From sequence record OU343168.1: DNA of 64,000 bases; one strand, given 5' to 3'. The notes under the pieces were generated by a model, which made no database searches, had not been told where the DNA came from, and saw only the letters and a list, made by a program, of their open reading frames with translations. The position numbers and the translations under genes are program-made. The stretch's first letter is position 1, and each line of letters starts with the position of its first letter. Shown one piece after another: positions 48,002-57,738 of the stretch.

Positions 48002-50290
48002 TTGATTATGCGAGCAACAGCAACTATCAGCAAAGCGAATCATTACTTCAGAATCAACGGGTTCTATGAGGAATTCGCGGTTCGGGTAATTCTACCGTTT
48101 TGTAAACTGAATCTCTGCAAGATGGCTAAGAAGCCAATACCGGGTACCCGAAAGCAGGCGTGGTTTGTTCAACACGTCTTTGCTCGGTCGAATTATGACA
48201 AGAGTGAATACCGGCTACCCATTGAAACCCTTAAAGAGTTTGTGGAATTTGCGGGCTACCGGGGGTATAAAGAATCCCGCTTGAAGATTCAGGATGAACC
48301 GGAGATCGAAGGCAAGGATGTTGTATTCGAATTCAATCCAGGGTTTGATCAGTTCAGGGAAGGTCAAGGTGAATGGATTGAGTACATGCTGAGCGATGGG
48401 CACCTGAAGGTCAATAACGCCTCCACAGGCTTTGGGAAGATGCAACCGCTGTACGCGAAGATCAAAGTCCCGGGTGGTTGGAAGACAATGAGGGAGATGA
48501 CCGTCGGTACCGAGGTCATTGCAGCGGATGGTACGGTCACTCAGGTGACTGGTGTTTACCCACACGGTAAACAACCCATTTACCGTTTGCACTTCGAAGA
48601 CGGGCGTTATACCGATGCAGGACTGGATCACCTGTGGAAAGTGTTCACAGAGGAGACTCAGGCATGGACAGTCGTTAATACCCGTTCCGTACAGACCCTG
48701 TTGGCGAAAGAGCCAGAAGGGGTATTTATCCCTCTGTGTGAGCCTGAAGACGGTCCAGAGAAGCCCTTTGTAACGGACCAATTGGAAGGTTCCCGCCAAC
48801 AACGGTTGGAACACCTACGACGACTCATGGATGAGAAAGGGTATGTGCGTGATGACGGTAGTCTGTCCTTTTCCAGTGAGGATGAGGTGGAAAGCACTAC
48901 GGTTCAATACCTGGTTAGGAGTCTAGGGGGTATTGCCCGAAAGGTACCGTCTACAGGACTGTACCGCCGCAGGCAATACCGGGTGTACATCAAGCACCCT
49001 CGTCCTGAGGAACTCTTTACCCTGACGAATAAGGGTGGCTACCTGACATCAAAGTCGGGTAACCAGTCCCTTAAGCTCCGGGTGAACCGCATTGAATTCA
49101 TTGGGGAACATGAAGCCCAGTGCATCTCTGTAGCACACCCGGATCGTCTGTACATCACGGATGACTTCATCGTCACCCACAACACCTATATGGCCATCCA
49201 CAGCATGGTGAAGATTGGTAAACGGACCTTAATCACCATGCAACCCCGTTACCAGATCAATTGGGTACGGGAACTCAACAAGATCGTTAAACTCATTCCA
49301 GGGGATCTCTTAATCTGGGAGAATACCCTGGAATCGTTGTATGAGTGTTTAGAAGACGGGAAGTTTGATCCTAAGATTATTATTATTCCGATGTCTCGTA
49401 TTGAGGTCTTCCTCCGTAAGGGGAAAGAGACCCGAGACGGGTTACACATGGATGATTTGATCAAACGGATCAATCCGGGATTAAGGATCATTGATGAAGG
49501 GCATGAAGCGATTCATCAGATCTTCTTGTCCTTAATGTTTGGGAATATCAAGAAACTCTTCCTGCTCTCAGCCACCTTGAAAGCAGACGATCCCTTTACG
49601 AACAAGATGTACCAGTACTTGTTCCCTAAACGGTTACGGTTAAAGGAGGCAGAACCCGAGCATTACATCGATGTAGTGGCGTACCTGTATCGCCTCAACA
49701 CCCGTCGTTATCATCTCAAGACGGAGCAGTTTGGAGCGTATAACGATAAGACGTTTGAAAAGAGCATCTTAAAGTCGGGTGTACTCCTGGCATTCTACTT
49801 TAAATTGGTCAATAAGGCCTTTAAGGAGTATTACCTCAATGTGAGGCGTGAAGGAACGAAGTGTTTGTTCTTCTTCTCCAGGGTCAGTATGTGCGATGCC
49901 ATGTTGGAACTGTTCAGGAAAGAATATCCCGGCTGGGATTTCGAAACCTTTACTGGGGACGATTCCAAGCTGAAAGATAAGAAGGACAAGTACTTAAAGC
50001 ACGAGATCATCATTACAACTCCGAACAGTTGTGGAACAGGTAAGGATATCGGGGGGTTGGTAACGGTGATCTGCGCCCACACGGTTGCGTCGACTCAGGC
50101 TAATAAGCAGATCATTGGACGACTCAGGGCGTTGTCGGGTAAGTTCAATAATGAGATCGACCCTGCCTTTGTGTTCCTGGTGTGTTTGGACTTAGCGAAG
50201 CACGTGGAATATTTAGCCAAACGGGAACAGGTGTTCTTTGAGAAACAGAAGACCTTCAAGCGTATCAATTCGGAATGCTCCCTGGACTGA
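48002..50290 (+). CDS. SF2 (DEAD/H-like) helicase (phiKZ gp75-like), intein-containing
   Basis: STGFGK|T Walker A, IIDEGH, LSAT, GTGKDI, QIIGRLR. Confidence 0.9.
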   Translation: MIMRATATISKANHYFRINGFYEEFAVRVILPFCKLNLCKMAKKPIPGTRKQAWFVQHVFARSNYDKSEYRLPIETLKEFVEFAGYRGYKESRLKIQDEPEIEGKDVVFEFNPGFDQFREGQGEWIEYMLSDGHLKVNNASTGFGKMQPLYAKIKVPGGWKTMREMTVGTEVIAADGTVTQVTGVYPHGKQPIYRLHFEDGRYTDAGLDHLWKVFTEETQAWTVVNTRSVQTLLAKEPEGVFIPLCEPEDGPEKPFVTDQLEGSRQQRLEHLRRLMDEKGYVRDDGSLSFSSEDEVESTTVQYLVRSLGGIARKVPSTGLYRRRQYRVYIKHPRPEELFTLTNKGGYLTSKSGNQSLKLRVNRIEFIGEHEAQCISVAHPDRLYITDDFIVTHNTYMAIHSMVKIGKRTLITMQPRYQINWVRELNKIVKLIPGDLLIWENTLESLYECLEDGKFDPKIIIIPMSRIEVFLRKGKETRDGLHMDDLIKRINPGLRIIDEGHEAIHQIFLSLMFGNIKKLFLLSATLKADDPFTNKMYQYLFPKRLRLKEAEPEHYIDVVAYLYRLNTRRYHLKTEQFGAYNDKTFEKSILKSGVLLAFYFKLVNKAFKEYYLNVRREGTKCLFFFSRVSMCDAMLELFRKEYPGWDFETFTGDDSKLKDKKDKYLKHEIIITTPNSCGTGKDIGGLVTVICAHTVASTQANKQIIGRLRALSGKFNNEIDPAFVFLVCLDLAKHVEYLAKREQVFFEKQKTFKRINSECSLD
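48440..49183 (+). mobile_element. class 3 intein (248 aa) with partly deleted endonuclease
   Basis: starts Met; HLW, QCI, IVTHN then Thr+1; first LAGLIDADG block absent, second eroded (LMDEKG). Confidence 0.9.
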
Positions 50291-50330
50291 GGTCCCAGGG
50301 GGTTTCCCTTTATGTCGGGGTACCGCTACT

Positions 50331-50756
50331 ATGCCGCTATTCAAACGTCAGCCCATGCTGATCATTTCATGCCCTAACATCGGACAGATCAGCTGGGTAG
50401 CCACCCAGTTGGTCGAGGACTCCCTTTACCACATCTTTGCGGATGGTTCACTCGTTGAAGATGATATTCTGGAAAAATGGTTAGAAACCGAAACCGAAAA
50501 CATCCTTTTTGATGAAGAGGGACAGGTTAAAATGTCCCCCCTACTGCACGAGCAGGAATATTGGAACCTGGTTAAGGATCCTCACGCCATGACCGAGTTT
50601 TACATGGACGAAGCCCTCGGTATTCTCGATCACCTTTTCCAGTTAAATAAGGACAAGCTCGCAGAGGTGTCAAATACGCTCTCTGTTGAACGTTACTGGG
50701 TAATCCGACATCTCCCTAACCATTGGCTCATAAAACTCTATGGTGACCCTAAATGA
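50331..50756 (+). CDS. hypothetical protein
   Basis: probable start MPLFKRQ; coupled to the next gene. Confidence 0.6.
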   Translation: MPLFKRQPMLIISCPNIGQISWVATQLVEDSLYHIFADGSLVEDDILEKWLETETENILFDEEGQVKMSPLLHEQEYWNLVKDPHAMTEFYMDEALGILDHLFQLNKDKLAEVSNTLSVERYWVIRHLPNHWLIKLYGDPK

Positions 50757-51133
50757 CCTATTCCTGCAACCCTCACAGCCGTACTGTTAAGTCCCAGAAC
50801 GTCAGAACCCCCGGAATGGAGTCTCTGCGTCAGAAATTCATCCTGAAGATTCTGGTAACCGAACGGGTTCGATGCTTCATGGATGAAGTGAACTTTGATA
50901 TGTCGGGTGAATTTATCCGTAAGTTCATTACAGTGCCTCCGGAGTATACGGAACCTGAAACCATCGAACAGTACATCCAAACCGAAGTCCTGGACATCAT
51001 GGAAGCGTTTAAGCAGTATGAGGAGAACGCAGTGTACCAGGAGGATTTAAAAGCCCTGTTGCCGTATAAAGGCCATCGGTGGCATCTGGTGTCTTCAACA
51101 GACTCCGGAGTCCTGATTACAGTCGAGGCGTAG
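50753..51133 (+). CDS. hypothetical protein
   Basis: start overlaps the previous stop. Confidence 0.65.
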   Translation: MTYSCNPHSRTVKSQNVRTPGMESLRQKFILKILVTERVRCFMDEVNFDMSGEFIRKFITVPPEYTEPETIEQYIQTEVLDIMEAFKQYEENAVYQEDLKALLPYKGHRWHLVSSTDSGVLITVEA

Positions 51134-51138
51134 GGTGT

Positions 51139-51618
51139 ATGAAGTCTGTTATCATTAACCTCGATCCTGATACCCGAGCGGAGCTGTATGCGGATGTTTC
51201 CAATACACTCATGGATTTCATCCTGATAGAAGCCTTAACGATCGCTTTAAAGGACTATTCGTCATCCGTAGAAACGCTCCAAGACGCTATAGCCGATCCT
51301 GAATACTACAAAAATGATCCGGATACGAACATTGAACAGTCAATTGAATTACTGCTCGATGTACTGAAAGAGCTAGACCGACAGGATGGAGAAGATGTCG
51401 AGTCTCCCTTCTACGACGTGTCCAGTTATTCGGATTGGCTCAGGGATAAACTGTGTTTAGCCATTAGCTCCATAACAGATGCTAATAGCCCCTTGGATTT
51501 CATGATGTTGAATGATGTCCTCACTCTTCCTGAACTCAGTAAACAGTTCAACTTCCAAGGGAAACACCTGAATAACCGTGTTGTCATGTTGCTAACCGGA
51601 GTCGATGACCATCTCTAG
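51139..51618 (+). CDS. acidic hypothetical protein
   Basis: start reassigned to MKSVII. Confidence 0.65.
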   Translation: MKSVIINLDPDTRAELYADVSNTLMDFILIEALTIALKDYSSSVETLQDAIADPEYYKNDPDTNIEQSIELLLDVLKELDRQDGEDVESPFYDVSSYSDWLRDKLCLAISSITDANSPLDFMMLNDVLTLPELSKQFNFQGKHLNNRVVMLLTGVDDHL

Positions 51619-51630
51619 ACAGTACACATA

Positions 51631-51664
51631 TACTACCTCCCTTCCGCAAGGAAGGGAGGTAGTA
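51631..51664. terminator. bidirectional terminator
   Basis: TACTACCTCCCTTCC / GGAAGGGAGGTAGTA. Confidence 0.8.
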
Positions 51665-51681
51665 GTCGTTTATTTATTTAT

Positions 51682-52983
51682 TTATTTCAATGCCATCTCC
51701 AAGTCTAAGAGGTTCGTACGGCTGCCCGCTGTGTGGTGTGCCTTCATGCGCTGCAATAAAAATGCAGTAGGAATCAAGACCACTTCAGAGCTGAGACGAT
51801 GCCCTAAAGCCCCTAGACCTTCCCCACAACAGGTCTTACAGTAGTAACCGTCCTTTAGGGTACAGAACTGAGGGACTCTGGCTTGTACGGGTTTATTAAC
51901 GTAGCGATCCAGGTTTTCAGCGGTGAGCTGTACCAGGACTTTCCCATCCTGGATCCACGTTCCTACCCAGTATCCTTTATTGGTTGGTAGGATCGTAACG
52001 GTTTCGGTCACCGGGGTACCGCAATCCACGACATCCTCGCTAACGGCCGTACGGCCTATTAGACGCAACGTTTCCTTAACCCTAGCCCCACCTTCACCGG
52101 TGGACATAGAACGGCTGTAAGAGCCCTCTACGGCCGTATTAATGTAGTCCGCCAAGAAGTTCGGATCCCAGCCCTCTGCCAGGGAGTTAGGGAGTAGTAC
52201 CCAGCCGTCTCCTGAGGCACTGGGTTCAATACCGAAGGAAATGAACATCCGTTTACGCGAGTTGTCAATAAACTTCTTTGCAATAAAGAACTTGCGGCTA
52301 GGACCAGACATCACGATCTTCATGTCCAGCGCCACACACTGATCAATAATCGAGGTGGCAACAACCGGATCATTGAGTTCGTCTTTATGCTCTTTAAAGA
52401 GACGATCCCGGAGTTTAATGACTTCAGGACTCACCGTTAGGGCATCTACGCCACCCGGTTTAATGAAGTGAGACCCCAACCCTTCCAGGAACTGGCAGTT
52501 ATGGGAGAACTTCAAACACTGGTCTACACTGGCTTTCCCTTCAGGTACCGCTTCCCCTGGTGGTGGATTATCCACCATGAGAGTACTCAAGATCTTCAAG
52601 ATAACCGGTTTGGTGAACTCCTGGTTAAGGTAGGGTTGGGTCTTCCCGAAGCATTCCCAGAAGAGAATAACGTTGAAGAGTAAGAGTCCAAAGGTAGTCG
52701 TGACCGCTTTACCTTGCAACACGGGATGGAAGTCTCCCGGGAGTTCCAGGATTTCATCCATGTAGAACAGGGGTTCATTCACCTCCCCATTTACGGTATG
52801 GGTAGAACCCTCTACCACGACATTGAACCGGTTATCCTCCACAAAGACAGCATAGGGGTATTTCTTGAACTGTCCAGAGGAATCTTCGTCTTCAAACTGG
52901 ATCGTAATAATCGATTGAATAGCCGCCTTTTCGTTATAGGCTCGGTTATTCAGAAAGAGTTTAAGGTAGTCGAGTTTAGTCAT
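51682..52983 (-). CDS. virion RNAP beta' subunit (phiKZ gp80-like)
   Basis: DCGT...C...CKTCCG zinc site; EGSYSRSMSTGEGG bridge-helix-like; MKAHH. Confidence 0.75.
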   Translation of the reverse strand: MTKLDYLKLFLNNRAYNEKAAIQSIITIQFEDEDSSGQFKKYPYAVFVEDNRFNVVVEGSTHTVNGEVNEPLFYMDEILELPGDFHPVLQGKAVTTTFGLLLFNVILFWECFGKTQPYLNQEFTKPVILKILSTLMVDNPPPGEAVPEGKASVDQCLKFSHNCQFLEGLGSHFIKPGGVDALTVSPEVIKLRDRLFKEHKDELNDPVVATSIIDQCVALDMKIVMSGPSRKFFIAKKFIDNSRKRMFISFGIEPSASGDGWVLLPNSLAEGWDPNFLADYINTAVEGSYSRSMSTGEGGARVKETLRLIGRTAVSEDVVDCGTPVTETVTILPTNKGYWVGTWIQDGKVLVQLTAENLDRYVNKPVQARVPQFCTLKDGYYCKTCCGEGLGALGHRLSSEVVLIPTAFLLQRMKAHHTAGSRTNLLDLEMALK

Positions 52984-53879
52984 GGGAGTTCCACTCGCTG
53001 AATAAGGTCTTCAATACGGGTCAACGTCAGAGGGTCTTCAATGACCGAATAGAGGTATTGGGTCATCTTATCCTTAAGCCATTCGTTATTGATTTCAGAC
53101 ACCAGGAAGAACCCAATAACCTCCTTGGCATACTGAAGGGTACTGTCTTCCGTTTGTTGAGCCAGGAGAACTTCCAAGTTACGACTGTAGAAACTCAGGA
53201 AGCTCTTTACACTCCCTCCCAGTTGTCCGTTCTTCTTAACGTGTTCAAAGGCCAGAGTTCCTTCAATAAGGGTTGCATTCGCCCGAATACGCTGTTCAAT
53301 AGGGGTGGGAACGTTCTCAATCTCCTCGGGGTTAAAGAGAGCGTCCTTAATGGCTTTAAGGGTGACTTCTGAAACATCCTCAATAAAGGTTTCGTACTCT
53401 GACAGATCGAGGTCTTCACCCAGGTAGAGTTGCATCACCAGGAACAGTCGGTTCACAGGGGGGATGTCATACGCCTCCAAGACGTGTTTAAGACCAATCA
53501 GGTCTTCGTACTCCTGCAACTCCATAAAGAACGACAACAACCGAGTTAAAGCAGGGAGGTTGTCTTCACCCAGGAAATCGTGATTGAAAACGAACCCTAG
53601 CTGTTCCAGCACATCGATTATATTGGTCGTTAGGATCAAATACACCTGATGCTTCTTAGCCGGGATATCCAAGGCTTCATTAATTAACAGATCAGTCAGT
53701 TGACTGGGCATCAAGGACTCAGGTTGACTGAGCATAATTAAATTAAACGATTCGTCCAATTCTTTAGCCTGATTGGCGGGTATGGCGTTCCGGAGTTCTG
53801 ACCAGAGACCCCCTACCAGGGTGTCAGCCAGGTACGCTCCCTCTTCCAGGGTAACAGATTCTTCATGCTCAATAATCAT
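52980..53879 (-). CDS. conserved hypothetical protein, probably virion-associated
   Basis: start reassigned to MIIEHEE; stop overlaps the RNAP subunit start. Confidence 0.65.
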   Translation of the reverse strand: MIIEHEESVTLEEGAYLADTLVGGLWSELRNAIPANQAKELDESFNLIMLSQPESLMPSQLTDLLINEALDIPAKKHQVYLILTTNIIDVLEQLGFVFNHDFLGEDNLPALTRLLSFFMELQEYEDLIGLKHVLEAYDIPPVNRLFLVMQLYLGEDLDLSEYETFIEDVSEVTLKAIKDALFNPEEIENVPTPIEQRIRANATLIEGTLAFEHVKKNGQLGGSVKSFLSFYSRNLEVLLAQQTEDSTLQYAKEVIGFFLVSEINNEWLKDKMTQYLYSVIEDPLTLTRIEDLIQRVELP

Positions 53880-53924
53880 TGGGTTAACTCTCGTAAAGTG
53901 CGTTTCCAAAGGGAATCATAGCAT

Positions 53925-54794
53925 ATGTCGACTAAACAGCAACAGCGTCGGGTTAAGAAACTCAATAAGCGCAAGCAAGTGAGTAAGCAAAAACAACGGG
54001 CTAAGAACATCCAGGAAGCTCACCTCCGACAGGACTTTGGTAAAGGCTACCAGGGGGAGGCCCTGAGTAAGGATGCCTTGTACGATAAGGTCAGGGGTGA
54101 AAACAAAGCCTTCTCGGTACGCGACCTTATTAATAACCGTCAACGTCTGGCTGAGCTGGCTGAACAGATGAAGCTGACGGGTGATGAGGACATCCCTCAG
54201 CTCTTCAGTGGGGAAGAACTCCTCAACGCCATCAATGACATGATTACCGTCACCATTAAGCTCCACAGTGGGGTGATCGTGTACAACCGTCTGGTCGAAG
54301 AACGCCGTTTCGACATCAGTGAGGACGACCGTACCCTACTGGAGAACTACGAACGCAAAGTGGTGGAGTTTGCGGAAGATGTCTCAGTTGTTACGACCCT
54401 GCATGAAGCGGGCCAACAACCTGAGGATTACTTTGAAGTCGTCCTTAACCTGGCCGATGTCATGGCAGCGCTCAGCGAGGAGTTTGGGGAACCGGTTCTG
54501 GCTCTCATTACCCAACAGGGTGATCTGGTCGACGCCTATGCCGTTGAGCACAAACCTGAGGGACTGTCTATCTACGGTTACATGAACCAACTTCACAGTG
54601 AACGTATTACGGTTATCCAACAGCTGTACGGTGAGAGCCGGCTGAATGACGTCTTTAACGAATTGCACACCCTGGAGCAGGAACTCCCAGATTCCCCTGA
54701 AGAGATCCCGGGTGATAACCTCCCCTTCCCTGAGAAGGAAGAAGTTGGCGAATTCATCGCTATTTCCAACGATCCTGTCATTAACCCCCAGTAA
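53925..54794 (+). CDS. hypothetical protein with Lys/Gln/Arg-rich N-terminus
   Basis: clean ORF, 289 aa. Confidence 0.75.
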   Translation: MSTKQQQRRVKKLNKRKQVSKQKQRAKNIQEAHLRQDFGKGYQGEALSKDALYDKVRGENKAFSVRDLINNRQRLAELAEQMKLTGDEDIPQLFSGEELLNAINDMITVTIKLHSGVIVYNRLVEERRFDISEDDRTLLENYERKVVEFAEDVSVVTTLHEAGQQPEDYFEVVLNLADVMAALSEEFGEPVLALITQQGDLVDAYAVEHKPEGLSIYGYMNQLHSERITVIQQLYGESRLNDVFNELHTLEQELPDSPEEIPGDNLPFPEKEEVGEFIAISNDPVINPQ

Positions 54795-54806
54795 GGGACT
54801 GTTTGT

Positions 54807-56531
54807 ATGTCTGAGAATGTAACCCCGAACGAAAACCCTGAACTGACTCCCCCTTCGGAGTTGAGCAAAGCTGTTGAACAAACGATTCCCAAAACGGAGC
54901 CTTCCAGCCACTTTGGCTTCATGGATACCCACACGCCTCAGAATACACCCATGAAGGAGGTGGTGGAACCGCTCAACCCCATTACCAAAGAACTGGTTGA
55001 AGACGATCGAGCTAAGGGGTTCACCAGTATCTTCCTGGGGGTTGGTAAAGAAGAGAATGAGAAAGCGGCTGAACTGATTACCAACTGGAGTGCGTGGAAC
55101 ACGTTCAAAGAATTGAATAAGGTAGGGGAGGTTTCCCCAACGGTCTTTGCATCAGCTAAGCAAGACTGGGATGCCTTTGTTCAAGAGAACTACCCGGATG
55201 TGAATCCCAATGAGTTGGAGAAGACCGCTAGTGATCTGTTCAAGTTCATGAACAGTCTTCAGGAGAACCTCCAACTTCGTACCCGCATGGTGCGGGAAGA
55301 GAATATTACCAACGCCTCGCGCCGGTGTGATAAACTCACCACGACCGATATCGTGGGTAAAACCCCGTCGGTGAATAAGAAAGGGTTGAGTATTGCAGAT
55401 CGCATGATTCGCTCGACCATTCGTTCGTCGGGGGGTGTATACCAGTATAACCAACTGCTGCGTAATTCGTTCCTGAGTATTACGTGGGAACGTCCTCAGA
55501 AGCTGGAAGTCGCCGATCTCATCAACAACATTAACCGCCGTATTCGGGGGTATGTACGACGGGTCGGTGGGAACGCCATGGCGTTGTCTTACATTGCGGG
55601 GTATATTGAGATCTGGGATTGGTTGAAGCCCCGCTTGGTCAGCAGCAGTGTCAAAGGCCTGGCGGATTTCGATGACCTCAGCAAGGTGATCCGTATTACG
55701 GACATGCCGGTGATCTGTGCAGGTCTCTTGGCGTCGATCACGGATGACGGCGTCCAAATGGACCTCCGCTGCATGAACCCCAGCTGTGACTGGTATCAGT
55801 TCGATCTCATCGATCCGACTAAGTTGGTGCAGCGCCGTCCGTCGATTGAGACCGATGAAGAAGCCGCTTTCTTTGGTAATATCTTCAGTGGGCGTGAACA
55901 ACACACCGTCGATGAAATCCTCAAGATGATCGAACAGTCCACCTACGGGATGGACAATCAGTACGTGTACAACGAGGATCAATCCATTCGTCTGAAAGTA
56001 GGACCTCCCAGTCTGTCAGATGCCTTCGCTACCTTCGACTATTTCGTAGGGCGGGTGGATAAGCAGTTGGCGGATATTAACAACAAGGTCAACACGGAAC
56101 AAGACCTGGAAGAGCAACGTCTCCTTCTGCTTAACAGCTTGAGTGGTGCGGAGTACATGCACTGGGTGGAAGAGTTCGCTATTATGCCACCTCCGGGTGA
56201 AGACAGTGAACCCCAGATCATTAAGCGGGCCAAGGAAGACCCTAACGAGTTCAATAAAGGTCTTATGGACTCCCTGCTGACCGATGAGGTGATGAATAAG
56301 AACTTGGTGTTGTTCGTCTACAATAAGGCGCCTTATCTAACCCGGACTTTTATTGGCGTCCGTAACTTCGTGTGTCCGAAGTGCGGTACGGAGTCGGATG
56401 CTCACCAAGAGGATCGTAAACTCGGGTATACGCCGATCGATGCCTTTATGAGTTTTTTTATCCATTCCCAGCTGATGTTGATGAATCTGGCGATGGAGCG
56501 TCAAAAGGTAAACAACGAAGCCCTCTCCTGA
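54807..56531 (+). CDS. putative tail/baseplate assembly chaperone (T4 gp26-like C-terminal region)
   Basis: CMNPSC and CPKC Cys motifs; ends with the slippery site ATG AGT TTT TTT ATC. Confidence 0.5.
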   Translation: MSENVTPNENPELTPPSELSKAVEQTIPKTEPSSHFGFMDTHTPQNTPMKEVVEPLNPITKELVEDDRAKGFTSIFLGVGKEENEKAAELITNWSAWNTFKELNKVGEVSPTVFASAKQDWDAFVQENYPDVNPNELEKTASDLFKFMNSLQENLQLRTRMVREENITNASRRCDKLTTTDIVGKTPSVNKKGLSIADRMIRSTIRSSGGVYQYNQLLRNSFLSITWERPQKLEVADLINNINRRIRGYVRRVGGNAMALSYIAGYIEIWDWLKPRLVSSSVKGLADFDDLSKVIRITDMPVICAGLLASITDDGVQMDLRCMNPSCDWYQFDLIDPTKLVQRRPSIETDEEAAFFGNIFSGREQHTVDEILKMIEQSTYGMDNQYVYNEDQSIRLKVGPPSLSDAFATFDYFVGRVDKQLADINNKVNTEQDLEEQRLLLLNSLSGAEYMHWVEEFAIMPPPGEDSEPQIIKRAKEDPNEFNKGLMDSLLTDEVMNKNLVLFVYNKAPYLTRTFIGVRNFVCPKCGTESDAHQEDRKLGYTPIDAFMSFFIHSQLMLMNLAMERQKVNNEALS

Positions 56532-57001
56532 TTGGCGGTAAAGCGATTCACAATCCGGAGTTCTCGGCGGTTTACTTAAACCTCCAGAAGCAAGATCTCA
56601 GTGGTCTCAAGGAAGAGACTATCCTGTTGAACAACCAAGCGTTGCATGACATCAACATGGGATATGTCTCACCCCGTAATCTCCCCCCTCACCAATCGAT
56701 TAAGTTCTTTCCGTCTGAAACCCGGTATTACCACCCCTTCTCGTATGAGAGTATAGGAGAGTATTACGGGACTTTTCGGCTGGATGAATACCTGCCCTTA
56801 AAGGATTACCTGGAATTGCCCGCTAACTGTGCAGACACGTTGGTTAAGGCCGTTCAAAAGGGACGGGAAAAACGGTTGGCAATGGAGAAAGAACATCTGA
56901 AGGAAGAGGAAGAGAAACAGGCGAAGAGTGGGGGTAAACGAACCGCCTCGGAGTCGGTTTCTATGGATGCATTACTGGATCAATTGTCTAAACTTCGTTA
57001 A
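56453..57001 (+). CDS. -1 frame extension (gpGT/E'-like); the 56627 ORF of the track is its 3' part
   Basis: -1 frame is open from 56420 to 57001 with no ATG before the slippery site or in the following ~190 nt. Confidence 0.55.
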   Translation, partial: FFYPFPADVDESGDGASKGKQRSPLLIGGKAIHNPEFSAVYLNLQKQDLSGLKEETILLNNQALHDINMGYVSPRNLPPHQSIKFFPSETRYYHPFSYESIGEYYGTFRLDEYLPLKDYLELPANCADTLVKAVQKGREKRLAMEKEHLKEEEEKQAKSGGKRTASESVSMDALLDQLSKLR

Positions 57002-57010
57002 GAGAATAGG

Positions 57011-57039
57011 TAACCTGGGGGCTCTAAGCCCCCAGGTTA
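57011..57039 (+). terminator. rho-independent terminator-like hairpin
   Basis: TAACCTGGGGG / CCCCCAGGTTA. Confidence 0.7.
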
Positions 57040-57103
57040 TCTTATGACATACATGGTGACACCTCGTCTCTATACCACTGTCCAACTGAAAAGGGCCCTC
57101 CTA

Positions 57104-57712
57104 ATGTCCAACGATTACAAAGCACCTGAGGTCGATGACCTCGGTAAGAAAGAAGAAAGTCCGAAGACCCAACCTACGCCTTCCATCCCCAATACGGTGG
57201 CTAAGGCTCAGGGAGCTAAATTCGAACCCGTACCTCTCCGTATTGGCATTGGGCAAATGGTCAATGGTAAAGGTAATGCGGTCACGGATATCATGAAAGA
57301 ACGGATTGACCGTCACCTGACCTACCTGGCCGGTAAGAAAGGCTTCACCACTGATACCGAACGGGAGGATGAACAAACCTCCTTTATCGAGATCATTGGT
57401 TCTACGCTGACCCTTCCGTTTCCCCAATACGTCATCGTTACTGACTACCTGTTGGCGGTTATCCGGGAGAACCGGGAAATCTTCGCCAACGGTACGGCAT
57501 TCCGCTTTACCTACAAACTCCGTAAGGAGTACCCGATGGAGAACGTTAAACTCTATCACACCTACATGACCTTCCTGACGTTCATTGCGGGTAACTGGGA
57601 AGCTCGTCATCGTCTTAACCGCATTATTGATCTGGGAACAGCTATCCGCGATCTTCCTCGTAAGGGCAAAGAGAACGTCACCCAGTACTTCAATAAGCTG
57701 CAAAACGTTTAA
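57104..57712 (+). CDS. conserved hypothetical protein
   Basis: start reassigned to MSNDYKAP. Confidence 0.65.
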   Translation: MSNDYKAPEVDDLGKKEESPKTQPTPSIPNTVAKAQGAKFEPVPLRIGIGQMVNGKGNAVTDIMKERIDRHLTYLAGKKGFTTDTEREDEQTSFIEIIGSTLTLPFPQYVIVTDYLLAVIRENREIFANGTAFRFTYKLRKEYPMENVKLYHTYMTFLTFIAGNWEARHRLNRIIDLGTAIRDLPRKGKENVTQYFNKLQNV

Positions 57713-57738
57713 TTTCCCTTAGACTCTTTATCCAAGGA

